A DNA stretch of 63,121 bases, filler included, from Octopus bimaculoides (Eukaryota): the NCBI RefSeq assembly GCF_001194135.2. It is 4 parts of 4 records of this genome, joined end to end, with 100 filler letters (N's around TTAATTAATTAA, not from the genome) between each part and the next. Parts side by side here need not be neighbours in the genome. Positions count along the whole stretch, not along the records: positions 1 to 25,107 come from NC_069001.1; 3 more parts are not named here. The stretch is one strand, 5' to 3'. The position numbers and the translations under genes were made by a program. The notes below the pieces were generated by a model. It worked only from the letters and a program-made list of their open reading frames with translations. It did no database searches and had not been told where the DNA came from. Positions 1 through 13,081 of this stretch are shown here, one piece after another (positions within the stretch are counted from its first letter, which is position 1; each line of letters starts with the position of its first letter).

Positions 1-156
1 GTTTGTGTTAAGCAGGAAATGTGGTGTCAAAACAGGAAGTGTAAGGGGAGACAAATGTTTTTAGTTATGAACTCTTTTTCAACTCCAACTAAAAACATTT
101 GTCTCCCCTTACACACACTTCCTGTTTTGACACCACATTTCCTGCTTAACACAAAC
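1..156. repeat. Long hairpin, probably the centre of a palindromic MITE
   Basis: 1-67 is the reverse complement of 86-156 apart from a 4-nt indel; 18-nt loop; the left arm runs off the window edge. Confidence 0.85.
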
Positions 157-969
157 TTTTAACCCTTTTTTTAAACCTAACAAAACTCTCAACTCTCATG
201 CATCCTTATTTTTCCTACCATTATATACATGAACTACTATTGAACTTCAAAAGCTCAAAGACAATATAATGTATGGGTATATTTATTTTTTTATATATTA
301 TTTTCTTCATTTTGTACTTCTTTGTAAAAAACTTCTTTGTAAAAACTTCCAAGTGCTGTGTTGTGCATATCTGGAAACTATAAACACTATGTTTCTTATC
401 AATACTCTTATGATTTTAGGAGCAAATCAAAAACTATTAGTTGAACACACTATCATACGTACAAGTACACATACATAAGTGTGTGTGTGTGTGATGTATG
501 AACTAATGTCAAATTTTTGTGCTTCAAGTAATATTTTGAAAATTGCTTATCCACATACTGGAGTTAAATAATTAAACATGGAACATCCCAAATGTTTACA
601 TTCCTGCCTAGCATTCTGAACTTTCAAATGTTTTTCACTTTGACTTTTCAGGTCTAGCATCCATACTCTAACATTTTGGCATTTAAAGGCCAACAATTGT
701 ATAATTGGATTCCAAACAGGCTAATAAACTTCACCGAAGTTTTCTCTTGAGATTTTCTAAAGAAGCCTAAATTCACTTTTTCCCATCAACGTATTGATAC
801 TGATAATGCTGAAATAAAATTCTTTTTCTGAATAACAGGCAATATTTTGCCATGAAAGAACTGTCCAAAGTATTTTATGGATGTTATAAGTGCATGAAAC
901 AATTCCTACAACACAGAGAGATATCATTTCAACTCGGTCAGTATCAATATGATCTATTTGTTTTTAAAC

Positions 970-1324
970 TTTTGTTTCAGTCATTGAACTGTGGCCATGC
1001 TGGGACACCACCTTGACAGGTTCTAGTTGAACAAATCAACCTCAGTACTTAGTTTTTAAAAGTCTGGTACTTATTCTCTCAATCACTTCTGACAAACTGG
1101 TAAGTTATGGAGACATCAACAAACCAACACTGATTGTTAAGAAATGGGTGGGGTGCACACATACATATATATGTACAACAGGCTTGCATATGGTTTTTGT
1201 TTCTGAAATTCATCCAGGGCTTATAGTAGAGAACATTTTCACAAGTTGCTGCACTGTAGGACTGAACCTGAAACCAAATAGGCACAAAGTGAGTTTCTTA
1301 ACCACACACAGCCATACCTGTGCC
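970..1324 (-). mobile_element. tRNA-derived SINE (main family in this window)
   Basis: Minus strand reads GGCACAGGTATGGCTGTGTGGTTAAGAAAC...GGTTCAGTCCTAC and ends CCAGCATGGCCACAGTTCAATGACTGAAAC, as in the copies at 33015, 44675, 53405 and 57745. Confidence 0.8.
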
Positions 1325-1903
1325 TACATTGACTTTAAGTATATTTCTTGGTTTTTATAGTACAAAAAAAACCATAAAAGATTTTCAGATATTCTGGTGT
1401 CTTTTTTTTTTTTTTTCCACATAAATATAAATTTAAGCAAAATCTATTAGATTCCTTCCAAGTTTTAGTTCCCCCAAAGATAGCATAAAATGTGAGGTAA
1501 GTTTAAGATGAATTTACTGCTAGCAATATGGAGGGAGTGTGTGAGAGATACTGGTTATTTTAGCATTGGTGTTCACATAGCGAATTGATACATGGAACAA
1601 TATTCCTATTTTTTAAAGTCATTCAGATTTCACTCAGTGATATTACACACACACACACAAAGAAAAAGAAAACAAAAAGTGTACTTCATACATTCTGTAA
1701 AATTTTTATTTATAATTAAACACTTAACAATTCACTAATGAATGTCTTATAATTTTACGCACAAGTAAAATCTTTTTGTGATTTCTCAGATGCAGTTTAT
1801 GTACATTTATGTAAAAACATATACGTACACGTGTGTGAGTGGGTGTTTTATATACATACATACATATATGTATATATGTGTATAAATATATATGTATATA
1901 TAC

Positions 1904-1939
<36 letters not shown>

Positions 1940-2551
1940 CATTCATATTATATATATACACATATATATATATATAACATTCATATTATATATATACACA
2001 NNNNNNNNNNNNNNNNNNNNNNNNNNNNNNNNNNNNNNNNNNNNNNNNNNNNNNNNNNNNNNNNNNNNNNNNNNNNNNNNNNNNNNNNNNNNNNNNNNNN
2101 NNNNNNNNNNNNNNNNNNNNNNNNNNNNNNNNNNNNNNNNNNNNTATATATATACATATATATATAGATATGCATGTGTGTGTGTGTGTGTGTGTGTGTA
2201 TTTTGAATTGCCAGTGGTTTCCTGAAAGATTATCTCTCAGATTCTGCTTGTGCACTTTATCATTAAGAATCCTTTATTGATTGACTACGGTCATTTAGTT
2301 CTTTGTTCTCTCTGACTGGATAATTATTCCAGTTCACTTAACGTAAGCTGTATTTGGTTTTGCTAAACTGATCTTACTTTTAATCCTTGCTTGTTCTCAA
2401 TTGTCTACAGTCTTAAAAGACATTTGACATCTTACTCTGTCTATATTTAACAAGTGTGTCTGGCGTTTGGTAAAATTCTGTTAAGGAAATAGCTATTCAA
2501 ATTTATACTTATCATCATCGTTTAACATCCACCTTCGATGCTGGCATGGGT

Positions 2552-2591
<40 letters not shown>

Positions 2592-2594
<3 letters not shown>

Positions 2595-2985
2595 TCAGAA
2601 ATACTTGGCATTGCCCAGGTTAAAGAGAATAATGAAATTTAAAGACGCCATCTAGATTACGCAGGTCTCATCTGCTAGTAGCTGAGATACCAACTTTCTA
2701 CACTAATAACTCATGGGACATAGACATTAAGTGAAAGGTTAAAAGAAATTTTTCAACTCGTATATGTATGTGAAGGAAATACAGGTAATTCAAAAAGACG
2801 TTTTGTGTAGCTTATTTCGTAAACAAACAAACAGGTACAAATTATAAACAATGAAAGGCTGATTTTGGTGATACCTTTGACAGAGGTAAGTAGAGAGCCA
2901 ATCTGATGATAAAATTTGACCTTTGATCTTGAAAGTTTGCATGAACCCTGGCTCAGTTAAATCTCTTGTGGCTTTATATATATGT
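2592..2985 (+). mobile_element. Helentron/DINE-1 (HINE)-like non-autonomous element, tentative
   Basis: Starts ATACTCAGAAATACTTGGCATTGCCCAGG, similar to the start at 42361, and ends GGCTTTATATATAT. Confidence 0.45.
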
Positions 2986-3586
2986 GTATATATACTGTAT
3001 GTATATATTTATACTTTTTGCCATTCTTGAGAAACAGCATGTATAAATAGAAATAATAGGGATGAAACACTCTGACCCCGATTAGGTCTAACTAATGATT
3101 TATGATGATTGCTTGGAAGGAAAAGAGGGAAAAAATACCAAGTTCAATTCTCGAAACAAAGAAAAACTAAGAAAAACAAAACAAAGAAAGACAGAAGAGG
3201 AAAAGGTGCTAATTGTTGCTGGATTTTTATTGGTCCAAAACCAATTTGAAACTGTGACAAACCTTCTCAACAGAATCATTTCTCATTGAAAACCACTTTC
3301 TTCTACCCTTGTTAATGTGTCACTAGAGAAATCTCTATGACACAGCGCAACATCCGACTCCAATGTCTCACCTTCTTTCATTCATATAACACAGGCAAAA
3401 CTTTGCTCCACTTCACTTCTTATTCATGCCATCAACACCATACCAGCTGCTGCTCTCTGGTACCACCAGCCATCATTATTGTCCCCCACCAAACATCTGT
3501 GTAGAAAGGAGATGGTCATCGTAACAATACAACAGACTGCCTTTGTGGTTAGCCAAAAAAAAAAAAAATCACTAGAAACCTTTCAT

Positions 3587-3622
<36 letters not shown>

Positions 3623-5624
3623 ACTATCTAATTATCTATCTGTCTGTCTATTTATCTTTCTATCTACATCTATCTCTATCTCTTTCCATTACTCTCTATA
3701 TATCTATCTCTTTACATTTCTATTTATATATCTTCCTATCTGTCATCTACCTCTTTGTCTCTCATTCACAATCTCTCTCTCTCTCCAATCTGGTCACCTT
3801 CATTTTTACACTCACTTTACAATGACCATGTGTCACTTTGACAAGGTGTGATTTCTTCTCCTTTATATTCTTCTTTATTTCCATTATTTTTCTATTTCCT
3901 TTCTCTTTTTTTCTGTTAGTTTTTTTTCGTTGGTGATTCCTGGTGCTTTTTTTTTCTACAGTTTTTTTTTTTCATTATTTATCTTTTGCATTCCCATTCT
4001 TTCCTGTTGTTTTCCTACCATATTTCTGTTGTTTATCTCATGTATTTTGTAATTTTTTCTCTTATCTTTTCTTCTTTTTATACATCTATTGCACTGATGC
4101 TGTTTTTGTATTCTGTTTTGGTGCTGTTTTTTTTTTCATTTCTTTAATGTTATTTCATTAGATTTCTATTTGGCTTTTTTTTTCTCTAATTCCATATTTC
4201 TGCAAATGCATTTTCTCAATCCCATATACAACCCTTCCTTGGTGACTAAAAAAAGTTGATGATTGGAAGGGCATCCATAAAACACATGGCTGAAAAAAAA
4301 ACCATCCAACTCATGCCAGCCTGGAAAAACTGATGTGAAACACCTTTTCTCTCATATTTTCGTGGTTATCGTTTTACTAATTTTGTACTTCTGTCAAATA
4401 TTTTTTCCTACACTATCTTTTTTAATCATTTAATTAAAATTTTTATCACATTTGTATTTTACTTACTGTGATTTTTTATTGTTTTCTGATTTTTTTCCTC
4501 ATTTTCTTTTATTGTTTTCCCTTTTTTTGTTTCTGTTTTAGTGCATCAATAACTACATTATCCAATGTGTTCTTACTTTTTTCTTTCAAACCAAGTGTAT
4601 CTGGAGTAAGATGTAGCTGCTATTTTTAGCAGGTTGAGCAACTCCATAAAGCCTTCCTCACTGATTCATCAACAAAGTTTGTTGTTGTTGTTTTTGCTAT
4701 TGTCTTTTTTTTCAGTGTCATTATTGTTAACATTGTTTTCTGGTTGACTCTGTTCTTCTTCTTGTTGTTGTCATTATTTTGCTCTCTTCTGTTGTTGTTG
4801 TTGCTATTGTAGTATCTGTGTTTGTTGTTGTTGTTGCTTTTCCACCATCCTATTGCTTTTGTTTTCATGCTTTATGATTTTGAGGGAGATTTGGCTGCAA
4901 CTTCTAGCAGGTCAAGCCTTATTCTTGATGGAGTTTTCATTTCAAACATTATAGATGTTGCTGCTACTATAGGTGTTGTTGTTGTTGTTGTTGTATGAAC
5001 TCTCTTGAAATGCAATGATGCAGGGGTGGGTGATGGTGGTGGTGGTGGTGGTGGTAGTGATGGTGGTGGTGGTAGTGATGGTGGTGGTGGTGGTGGTGAA
5101 AGGCTTAGTGGTGTGAACAGGGTTTGTATATGAAATGATGATGATGATGATGACGACAATGACAATAACGACTACAATGTCAACAATGATGACGGTAGTG
5201 GTAGGGGAGGGGGGGATTAGCGGTGGTAGCAGTGATGATGATGATGATGATGATGGTAGTGGGAGATGGCAAACAGGCTGGCTGGCTGATTGGTTGGCAG
5301 GATAGAAGGTGGGAAGAAGAAGAGACAACTCTGACATATGATACAGCTAAATAATTAAGCCATACTTAATGATGTAATTTTATATTCCATTTGACTTCTT
5401 ACTGCCTCCAGACTGACAGTGGAAGAGAGAGAGAAATATGCTGGTCAGTTCCACTCAGTTCAGAATCTGTCCACTATTATGATGTAGGTAGAATTATGGC
5501 TTGTTTGGCCAAACAAGGTCACCAGCCCTGTTGAATAGCATTTCCATTTTCACTATTTTAAGCCTTGTCTCAGTTCCTACTTTCATTTTACTTTCACCCC
5601 CCCCCCCCCCTCCTGTATGTTAGA

Positions 5625-6030
5625 TGCAGACACAGCTGTGTGGTTAAGAAGCTTGTTTTGTAACCATGTGAGCTTAGGTTCAATCTCACTGTGCAGCATC
5701 TTGGACAAGTGTCTCCAACTATAGCCCCAGACTGACCAATGCCTTGTGAGTGAATTTGATAGATGGAAACTGTGTAGAAGCCCATCGTTTGTGCATGTGT
5801 GTGTGTGTGTGTGTGTGTGTTTGTCCCAACCACCACCACTTATCAACCAATGTTGGTGTGGTTATGTCCCTTTGACTTAGCAGTTTCTATCTATCAAATC
5901 CACTCACAAGGCATTGGTTAGCCTGAGGCTATAATAGAAAACACTTGCCCAAGATACCATGAAGTGGGACTGAAACCAAAACCATATGGTTGGGAAGCAA
6001 ACTTCTTAACCACAGAGCTAGACCTGTGTC
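5625..6030. mobile_element. Two SINEs in inverted, abutting orientation (+ ~5625-5885, - ~5885-6030)
   Basis: Plus copy CAGCTGTGTGGTTAAGAAGC...AATGCCTTGTGAGTGAATTTGATAG is followed directly by its reverse complement CTATCAAATCCACTCACAAGGCATTGG...CTTCTTAACCACAGAG. Confidence 0.8.
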
Positions 6031-7529
6031 TTATGAGTTATTCTATTCAAACCTCAATGAACGAATCTTCACTCACACACTACCATGTCTATCAGAAGTC
6101 ATATTAACTTTAATATAGATTTAGTGTGGGAGTGTATTGAATTTTAGCATGTGATTTGAGTTTATCAGATCATTGTTAACCTTCGTACTGGAAGATAAAA
6201 CTAAGTAGTATGATCAATCTATTATTGAGGATTAGACAAAATATCTAATCCCATATGAGATTAAAAGTCTCCGACCACTATCGCTTTAGCTGTCATATCA
6301 TTTTTAAAAATTTGGGATTTTGAAAGAAAAAGCATTGAGACTCTCTTGATTACTATTTCTGTTGGTGGTTTTATTTTTTTTAAATTCTTACAACAGCATA
6401 ATGAATTACGAGTTCATCCACAAGGAATTTTAATGGATTATATTTATTTGAGGGAAGAGACAAGCAGTTAAGATGTTGCACTCCTGATTAAAAGATTGTG
6501 GTTTCAATTCCTGGACTGGGTAGTGCATCATGTTTTTGAGTAAAACATTTCATCATACATTGCTCTGGAATCACTTCAATGTCTAATGTGTGGAACATCA
6601 CATATATATATGCATATACATATATATATATAGATATATTTATATGTATTCATACACACGCATTTGTATGCATGTATGTACGAGAGTGTTGGTGTGCATG
6701 TGTGCGTGTGTATATGTAATACTGATAAATGACTGAACTAGATGGCAACCTAAGCAGATAAAAAGAAACAAATTTGATCGCATGGATAGGGCAGATATCC
6801 ACTACATTTAACAGTCTCACAAGATCTTATACATATGTCTAATAGTTTAACGAACTGTGGTATGTAGAGAAAAGGAAAGAAACCTGTTCTGCCGTGAGAC
6901 AAAGCAAAACATTTGGAGTCAATAAATGTTCTCAATTCACAACCCATCCTCCAAACTAAAATGTCCCTTACCTAATAAATTCAACTGCTTCTAATTCTAT
7001 CACTTTAGCCAAGTAGAACACAGCAGAAAATTTACCAAATGTTGTGTTCCATGAAAGACCAAAAAGGAGGGAGCTATTCAAGAAGCAGAAGTCATCAGCT
7101 CTACACATACATAACTAATTCATTACTCCTTTCAACATTTGTGTCACTTCACAGATACTTCCTAATTAAACGCTCATGTTCATTAATTAAGCAAGTATAT
7201 TAGCAAACCAGCAAATGCAACTGAGTGATTTGTAGAATATATTCTACTAATTAAACCATGACAAGTCAAGCTATCATGTATTTCAGCACCACTTACTAAA
7301 TGAATGGAAAGCAACAAGAGATGGGAATAATTTCCATAACTGTTGTCCTCTTTTGCTTGTTATTTAGTTTTTCCTTTTCATGCCAACATGGCTGGAGTGG
7401 GGCTGTGGAGGGGGTTATGTGTTGTTGCCTTTGTTAGTTAATTATTTTGTTAAGTTTTTAAGGTGGCAAGGTGACAGAATCATTATCAATGCTGGATAGA
7501 AATGATTCCGGCTCTTTATGTTCTGTACT

Positions 7530-7820
7530 GTTGCTAACCATATGTGTGACATCAGGATCCAGTTCCTTGCCATACCTCCGAAAAGAGTCAGAATTGGTTG
7601 TCAGAGAATGTCTATGACTTCCCCAGCCCCAGTACCTGGCCTCCGAATTCACCTGATTATAATCTCTGTAGGGCAGTGTTGAGAAAGACACCAACCACTC
7701 TGCCTTCAACACAAAGGCCAAGCTGGTGGCCAACATCAAAGAGGTGTTTGAGCTGTCCAAGCACACAGTGATTAATGCACGGGTTTCTGGTGCAAGTTGA
7801 GGACAGCGACATTGAGTAAA
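7530..7820 (+). mobile_element. Tc1/mariner (maT-like) transposase C-terminal fragment, frameshifted
   Basis: Translates as QDPVPCHTSEKSQNWLSENVYDFPSPSTWPPNSPDYN, then after a shift AVEKDTNHSAFNTKAKLVANIKEVF. Resembles the fragment at 14879-15380. Confidence 0.75.
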
Positions 7821-8009
7821 CTGTTATCTCCCAGCCATAATCTACATGATGTTGCATTTGATATTTTAAGATACTTTTATTTTTGGATGGAATATTGTAT
7901 TTTCTTTTCCTCTTATGCAAATTTAGACTAAATACCATGTATGTAGGTGTGTATATATATGTGTGCGTGTGTGTGTGTGTGTACACACACACACGCACAC
8001 ACACACATG

Positions 8010-8165
8010 ATGCACTTTTTCATTTTCCATCAACCAGATCCACTAACAAGGCTTTGGTCAGTCTTGGGCAGTAAAAAAAGACACTGGTCCAAGTTGCTCT
8101 ACAGTGGAATTGAACCTGAAAGCACATGGTTGGAAAGCAAACTTCTTAACCACACAGCCATGCTT
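8010..8165 (-). mobile_element. SINE 5' fragment
   Basis: Minus strand GGCTGTGTGGTTAAGAAGTTTGCTTTCCAACCATGTG...GGTTCAATTCCAC (A-box/B-box-like head). Confidence 0.75.
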
Positions 8166-8172
8166 TATGTAT

Positions 8173-8212
<40 letters not shown>

Positions 8213-8435
8213 TGTATGTGTGTGTGTGTGCGTCATTTTTCTCTTGATGTTAAACAACTACAAAATAGCCTTTTGTTGCCAATTTCCATATATCTTGCAA
8301 AACTGCCAATGATGACAACACTAACAACAACAACAACACTTGTATCATCAGCATCCTCTTCTGCCTCATTATCATCTTTATTTTTATCCTCATCTATTCA
8401 GTCAAGCTAAAACAACATAAAAAGCGTAATACACA

Positions 8436-8493
<58 letters not shown>

Positions 8494-8777
8494 ATATGTA
8501 TAAACTTTGTGATGAATCAAATTACCTTCCAATCCCATGGTGCTACTATATTTGTTAGTTTAATGTCCTTCATGGACTTTGGTAATGGTAGTAGTGAGGG
8601 TGACGGTGGTGGTGGTGGTGGTGGTGGCAGGATCATCAACACAGAGAATGGTGTGTGTGGTGATGGTGGTGGGTGATTTTTGATGCTAGTGGTGGTGGTG
8701 GTGTAGTCATTGTTGTTGATGGTAGTAGTGAAGGGGGACGGGAAGGGGTTCATTGTCAGTGCTGATGGTTTTGTTGC

Positions 8778-8808
<31 letters not shown>

Positions 8809-9669
8809 GGAGTAGTCGTAGTAATGGTGGTTCATAATGGCAGTGATATTGATCATGGTAATGATGGTGGTGTTGATGTTATGGTTAGTATGATGATTGT
8901 AGTTATGATGATGTTGCTACTCATGGTGGTGGTGGAAGAGGTTGGGGGAAGTAGGGGAATGATGAGAATATCTTATCATCTGCACCGCCACCACCATTAT
9001 CACAATTACTACAATCATTACTGCCACCACCACCACCACCACCACCACCATCAACCCCTATCACCCCCCCATCCCCACAAACATCACTAACCTATCAAAA
9101 TGTGATAAATAGCTCTGTAAGGTATTCCTCCACAAGGAAATACAAGAAAAGAAAAAAACAACCCAGTCCACTCAAACAAGACTTACTCTAAATCTATCCG
9201 TTCCATTGATCATCATCAGCATCATCATCACCATTATCACCCCCACCACTACCATCATCATCATCATCATCATCCTTTGTCTTGTTTCTATTTTTATCTT
9301 AGTTTCCTACTGTCTTTTTCCTCCCTCCCCCTCTCTCCCCACCCCCACCATCCCTTTCCTATCAATTTATATATTTATTCATATATATGTAGATGCTTCA
9401 CACCATCCATATTCGATATGTTGTTTTCGTTTGTTTCCATTCATATTTATTGACCTCATCACCGTTGTTGTTGTCATTGTAGTCGTTGCTCTTATTGCTG
9501 GCATCGTTATTGTTGGATGGGGGGAGGGGATACTGCCATCCTTGTAGTTGTTATTGTCATTTCTATTGTTGTTGTTGTTGTTGCCACCATTGTGGCTTCG
9601 GTCCTTTTTGTTGTTATTATTAACCCCTTCCCCTAAAACTGCCAAAATTTGAAACCCTTATTAATGTCG

Positions 9670-9900
9670 TTGGGATCAGGCTACAAGTTGGCGGAATTGT
9701 TAGCAAATCAGACAACACGCTTAGTGGCATTTCTTTCGACTCATTACGTTCTGGGTTCAAATCCCACCAAGTTCAACTTTGCCTTTCATTCTTTCAGGGT
9801 CAATGAAACAAGTACCAGTCAAATACTAGGATCCAGTGTAATAGACTTACCCCCCCACCACCACCACCACCACCAATTTCAGTCCTTGTGCCTATAGCAG
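9670..9900 (+). mobile_element. tRNA-derived SINE, second family
   Basis: TGGCGGAATTGTTAGC...GGGTTCAAATCCC...TCAACTTTGCCTTTCATTCTTTCAGGGTCAATGAAACAAGTACCAG; related copies at ~46085-46300 (+) and 62410-62650 (-). Confidence 0.7.
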
Positions 9901-10362
9901 AAAGGATTATTAAAGTTGTTGTTGTTCTTACTGTCGTTATTGTTGTTGTTTCATTGTCATTGTTGTTACTATTGTTATTATGACTGTCATTGTTGCTAAT
10001 ATTGTTTCATTGCTGTTGACATTGTTGTCATTGCTGTCAGTGTTGTTTGTCCTCATTATTATTTCTAATGAGACTTTATTTTCCCTCTGCTGACCTGAAA
10101 TTTTGTTGTCATATTTTAATTTATTCGATTCTTTTTCTCTAAAATATTACATTTTACATTGTTTATTGTCCACTTGCTTCCAGCTCAAATAATCACACTG
10201 CAGCATATACAAGTACTCCAGCTGGGATTGAACTCAAATATCTTTCTGTGAAACATATCAAACATGACAACTGATGTAGGCTAAACTCTTAGAAATATTG
10301 AAAAACAAAAAATACACAACTAAGGAGGTGTTCCAGCATGACCACAGTCAAATGACTATTTG

Positions 10363-10979
10363 TGATGTGGTGGGATAGGAGACTTAAAGAGAAATTAGCA
10401 GAGAACTCCATAAACCTAACCAGGTACTCCTGCTATGTGGATGCTATCAATATAGTAGCCAAAGCACCCCTGCAAGATAATGGTGATGATCTAGAAGCTA
10501 ACGCTATGGAGAGCATCCAGCAAATAACTAACTCCATCCACCAGAGTATAGAAATAAGGATAGATTACACTAGTAAGCACCCTAGCTATAGATTACCCAG
10601 TTTTAGACACTGAACTCTGGTTAGAAATGAAGAACGGTGAGGTCCAGATCCTTCACTCTCATTATGCCAAACCTGTGGCCTCTACGTGCCTTGTTCACAA
10701 GAATGCAGTGATTGCAGACAATGCCAAGTTCAACATTCTGATAGCAGACTTGGTAAAAGAGTGATGAAGAACGTGTCTTGCATGTGCGACCCGATGGAAT
10801 TGGAAAGACACATACAACACTTCATCCACCATATGCAGTTCTCTGGCTACAAGCAAAGGGACAAGATTAGAATGTACAAAGATGCCAGGACTAAGTCCAA
10901 AGCCATCACAGAAAGTGATGCAAAGGGGATCTGCCCGCTGTATAGGAGTAAACTCTGGAAAGGACCAGTAATAGGATAA
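10363..10979 (+). mobile_element. Penelope-like element reverse transcriptase fragment (degenerate)
   Basis: YVDAINIV (YVDD motif decayed) and KHPSYRLPSF.. (LPFLD-like). Frameshifted thumb region YAKPVASTCLVHKNAVIADNAKFNILIADLVKRVMKNVS..QFSGY..PLYRSKLW resembles PLE RT C-termini (recalled, not searched). Confidence 0.7.
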
Positions 10980-10981
10980 AT

Positions 10982-11300
10982 AAGGCCAACACATATTGCA
11001 AGGGAATTGAAGTGGGCTGCTGGGGTTTTATGGGAGCATTCATTCTGCAAATCTCTGACCAGGCTTGAAGTTGGTGGAGCAGCAAAGAGGAAAACCATGA
11101 ATTCCATTACCGATGAATGTGATTTTGGATAAAGAGAGCCGAACGGGGGTTTACTGCTGCTGCTGGGATGAAGGCTGAGACTTGACCAGTATCAGCTGGG
11201 TCAACTGGACATGGGTGGTCTGACACTCAAAGACCCCCCACCCCAAACTCTTTCAGACTCCAGAAACATCACTAATAATGCATCCAGAGCATGCACGAGA
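10982..11300 (+). mobile_element. Restriction-like-endonuclease non-LTR retrotransposon 3' end (HERO/NeSL-like), degenerate
   Basis: IEVGCWGFMG, then a shift to FCKSLTRLEVGGAAKRKTMNSIT..., matching the PIEVGCRGF..SLCKALTRLG..GAAKRRAI..WLWIKR C-terminus I recall for HERO-clade elements. Confidence 0.6.
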
Positions 11301-13050
11301 TGTATTTTGGAACCATAGCCATACAGCATTCCCATATTTCTAGAACCACACAATTCTTCTATATTTCTCATGGCACACAACCTTGTCATAGTTTACAATT
11401 TTTAGAAATAATGTGTTAGAATTGATGTTGATATTCTCATTCGTGTTTGAGTCTTTGGTATTGTTGTTGTTGTTGTTGGTGATGTTGTTTTAGGAGTTGT
11501 TGTCGTAGACATTGTCAATGATGTTTTTGGAAATGAAACTACCAAAATATTGTTTCTCCCACTCCTTTTGATACACACACACACACAACCCCCACACACT
11601 TTCAAACACACATACATACACCTTGCACACACACACACACATATACACACACATCTTTGTCCACTCAAACCTTCATTCTCTTCACCACCACTACCTCCTA
11701 CCACTACTCACTTCTCTGTTATTCTAAAATGAAAAATAAAAGAATTTCTCCGTTCCCCAACACCAACACACTTTTGTTGACTCATCTCCCACCACCACCA
11801 CCACAACTACAACACTTACCAACTCTACCCACCCACCCCTCTGTAATTCCAAAATAAAAGACATATTAACAACAACTACAACAACAACATCATCATCATT
11901 AAGAAATAACTTTTGAAATTGTCAGAAAGTATCCAAAGGGGAAAACAAAGAGAAAAATAAATATAAAAAAAAACACAAAGAAAACAAAGACAATAATCAA
12001 TCTTATAAAAACATAAATAAATAAAAGAAATTAGCAACAAACAAAAAACAAAAACTTTAGACCCTTATAATTGTTATTGTGGTTTAGGGAGTATGTTGGT
12101 GGGCGTGTCCTTTCATTTGTTTTAACTTATATATTATATAGTTTGTTTTGTGTATGTTATTATATATTATATAGTTTGTGCTGTTATATGTGGTTATCTA
12201 AGGAAATCCCATCTGTGTTATAAAATGGTTTAAGTTTAAACACTGTTTTATATTGTGCACTATATGATTGTGTGTGTGTGTGTGTATTGAAGTGCATGGG
12301 TGGTGGAGCACTTTTGAAAATAAATATATATACATATATATATGTATGAATATGATTATAAATTTTCTATGGAAAAGCATAGAAGGCATGGAAATGCTCG
12401 AGTCAAACCCAAGACGCTAGACAAGTACAAGAGATACAGAGAAGAAGTTCCGCTCAGGCAGATTACGATTGGTGTTATACATATACGGGTTTAATATGAT
12501 GGAATTCTCTGAAACATTCAGAAAATGAAGATATAGAAATACAAAAAGATATTTGAATGTCAAAAATATGCAAGGACAAATAAATATAAAGATATATAAA
12601 TATAATAGAGTATAGACAAAAATATAAATAACAATAATGAAATAATAGTTCTTTGTACGGTAGGCATTGGACCTGAAAGTTTGAGGAAAGGGGCTAATTG
12701 ATTATATCAACCATAAGGTTCGACTAAGGGTGAAAAAGCAACCATGGTAGGATTTGAACACAGAATAGACAAAAAAAGTTGGAAGAATATTGATAAGCAT
12801 TTTGTCCAATGCCATAATGAGTCAATAATACTAATGATAATGATTATCATAATTGTTATCAACATCAACATCTTTGTATCATGATAGAGACAGTAATTGC
12901 GTTTGAGATCATCATCATCATCGTCATTGTCATCAACTACATTGTTACCTACATCAACACTTTCATCTCTGCACTCATCTGGGTGGTGGTGGTGGCGTTT
13001 GTCATCTTCAGCATCACAATCATCATCATCAGCAACTGCAAGAACAGCAA

Positions 13051-13081
<31 letters not shown>

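Noticed and set aside
4872-5337. Pro/Thr/Ser-rich minus-strand ORFs
   Set aside because: Built from (GGT)n/(GAT)n/(GTT)n tracts; several frames are open at once; no recognisable domain or convincing splice sites.
6971-7099. Possible 129-nt minus-strand exon (ADDFCFLNSSLLFGLSWNTTFGK..) with a gtaag donor
   Set aside because: Poor polypyrimidine tract, unrecognised peptide and no partner exons.
8488-9547. Low-complexity ORFs, including an SAPPPPLSQLLQSLLPPPP..KYKKRKKQ frame
   Set aside because: Trinucleotide-repeat DNA; that frame is closed by TAG at 8952; no homology evidence.
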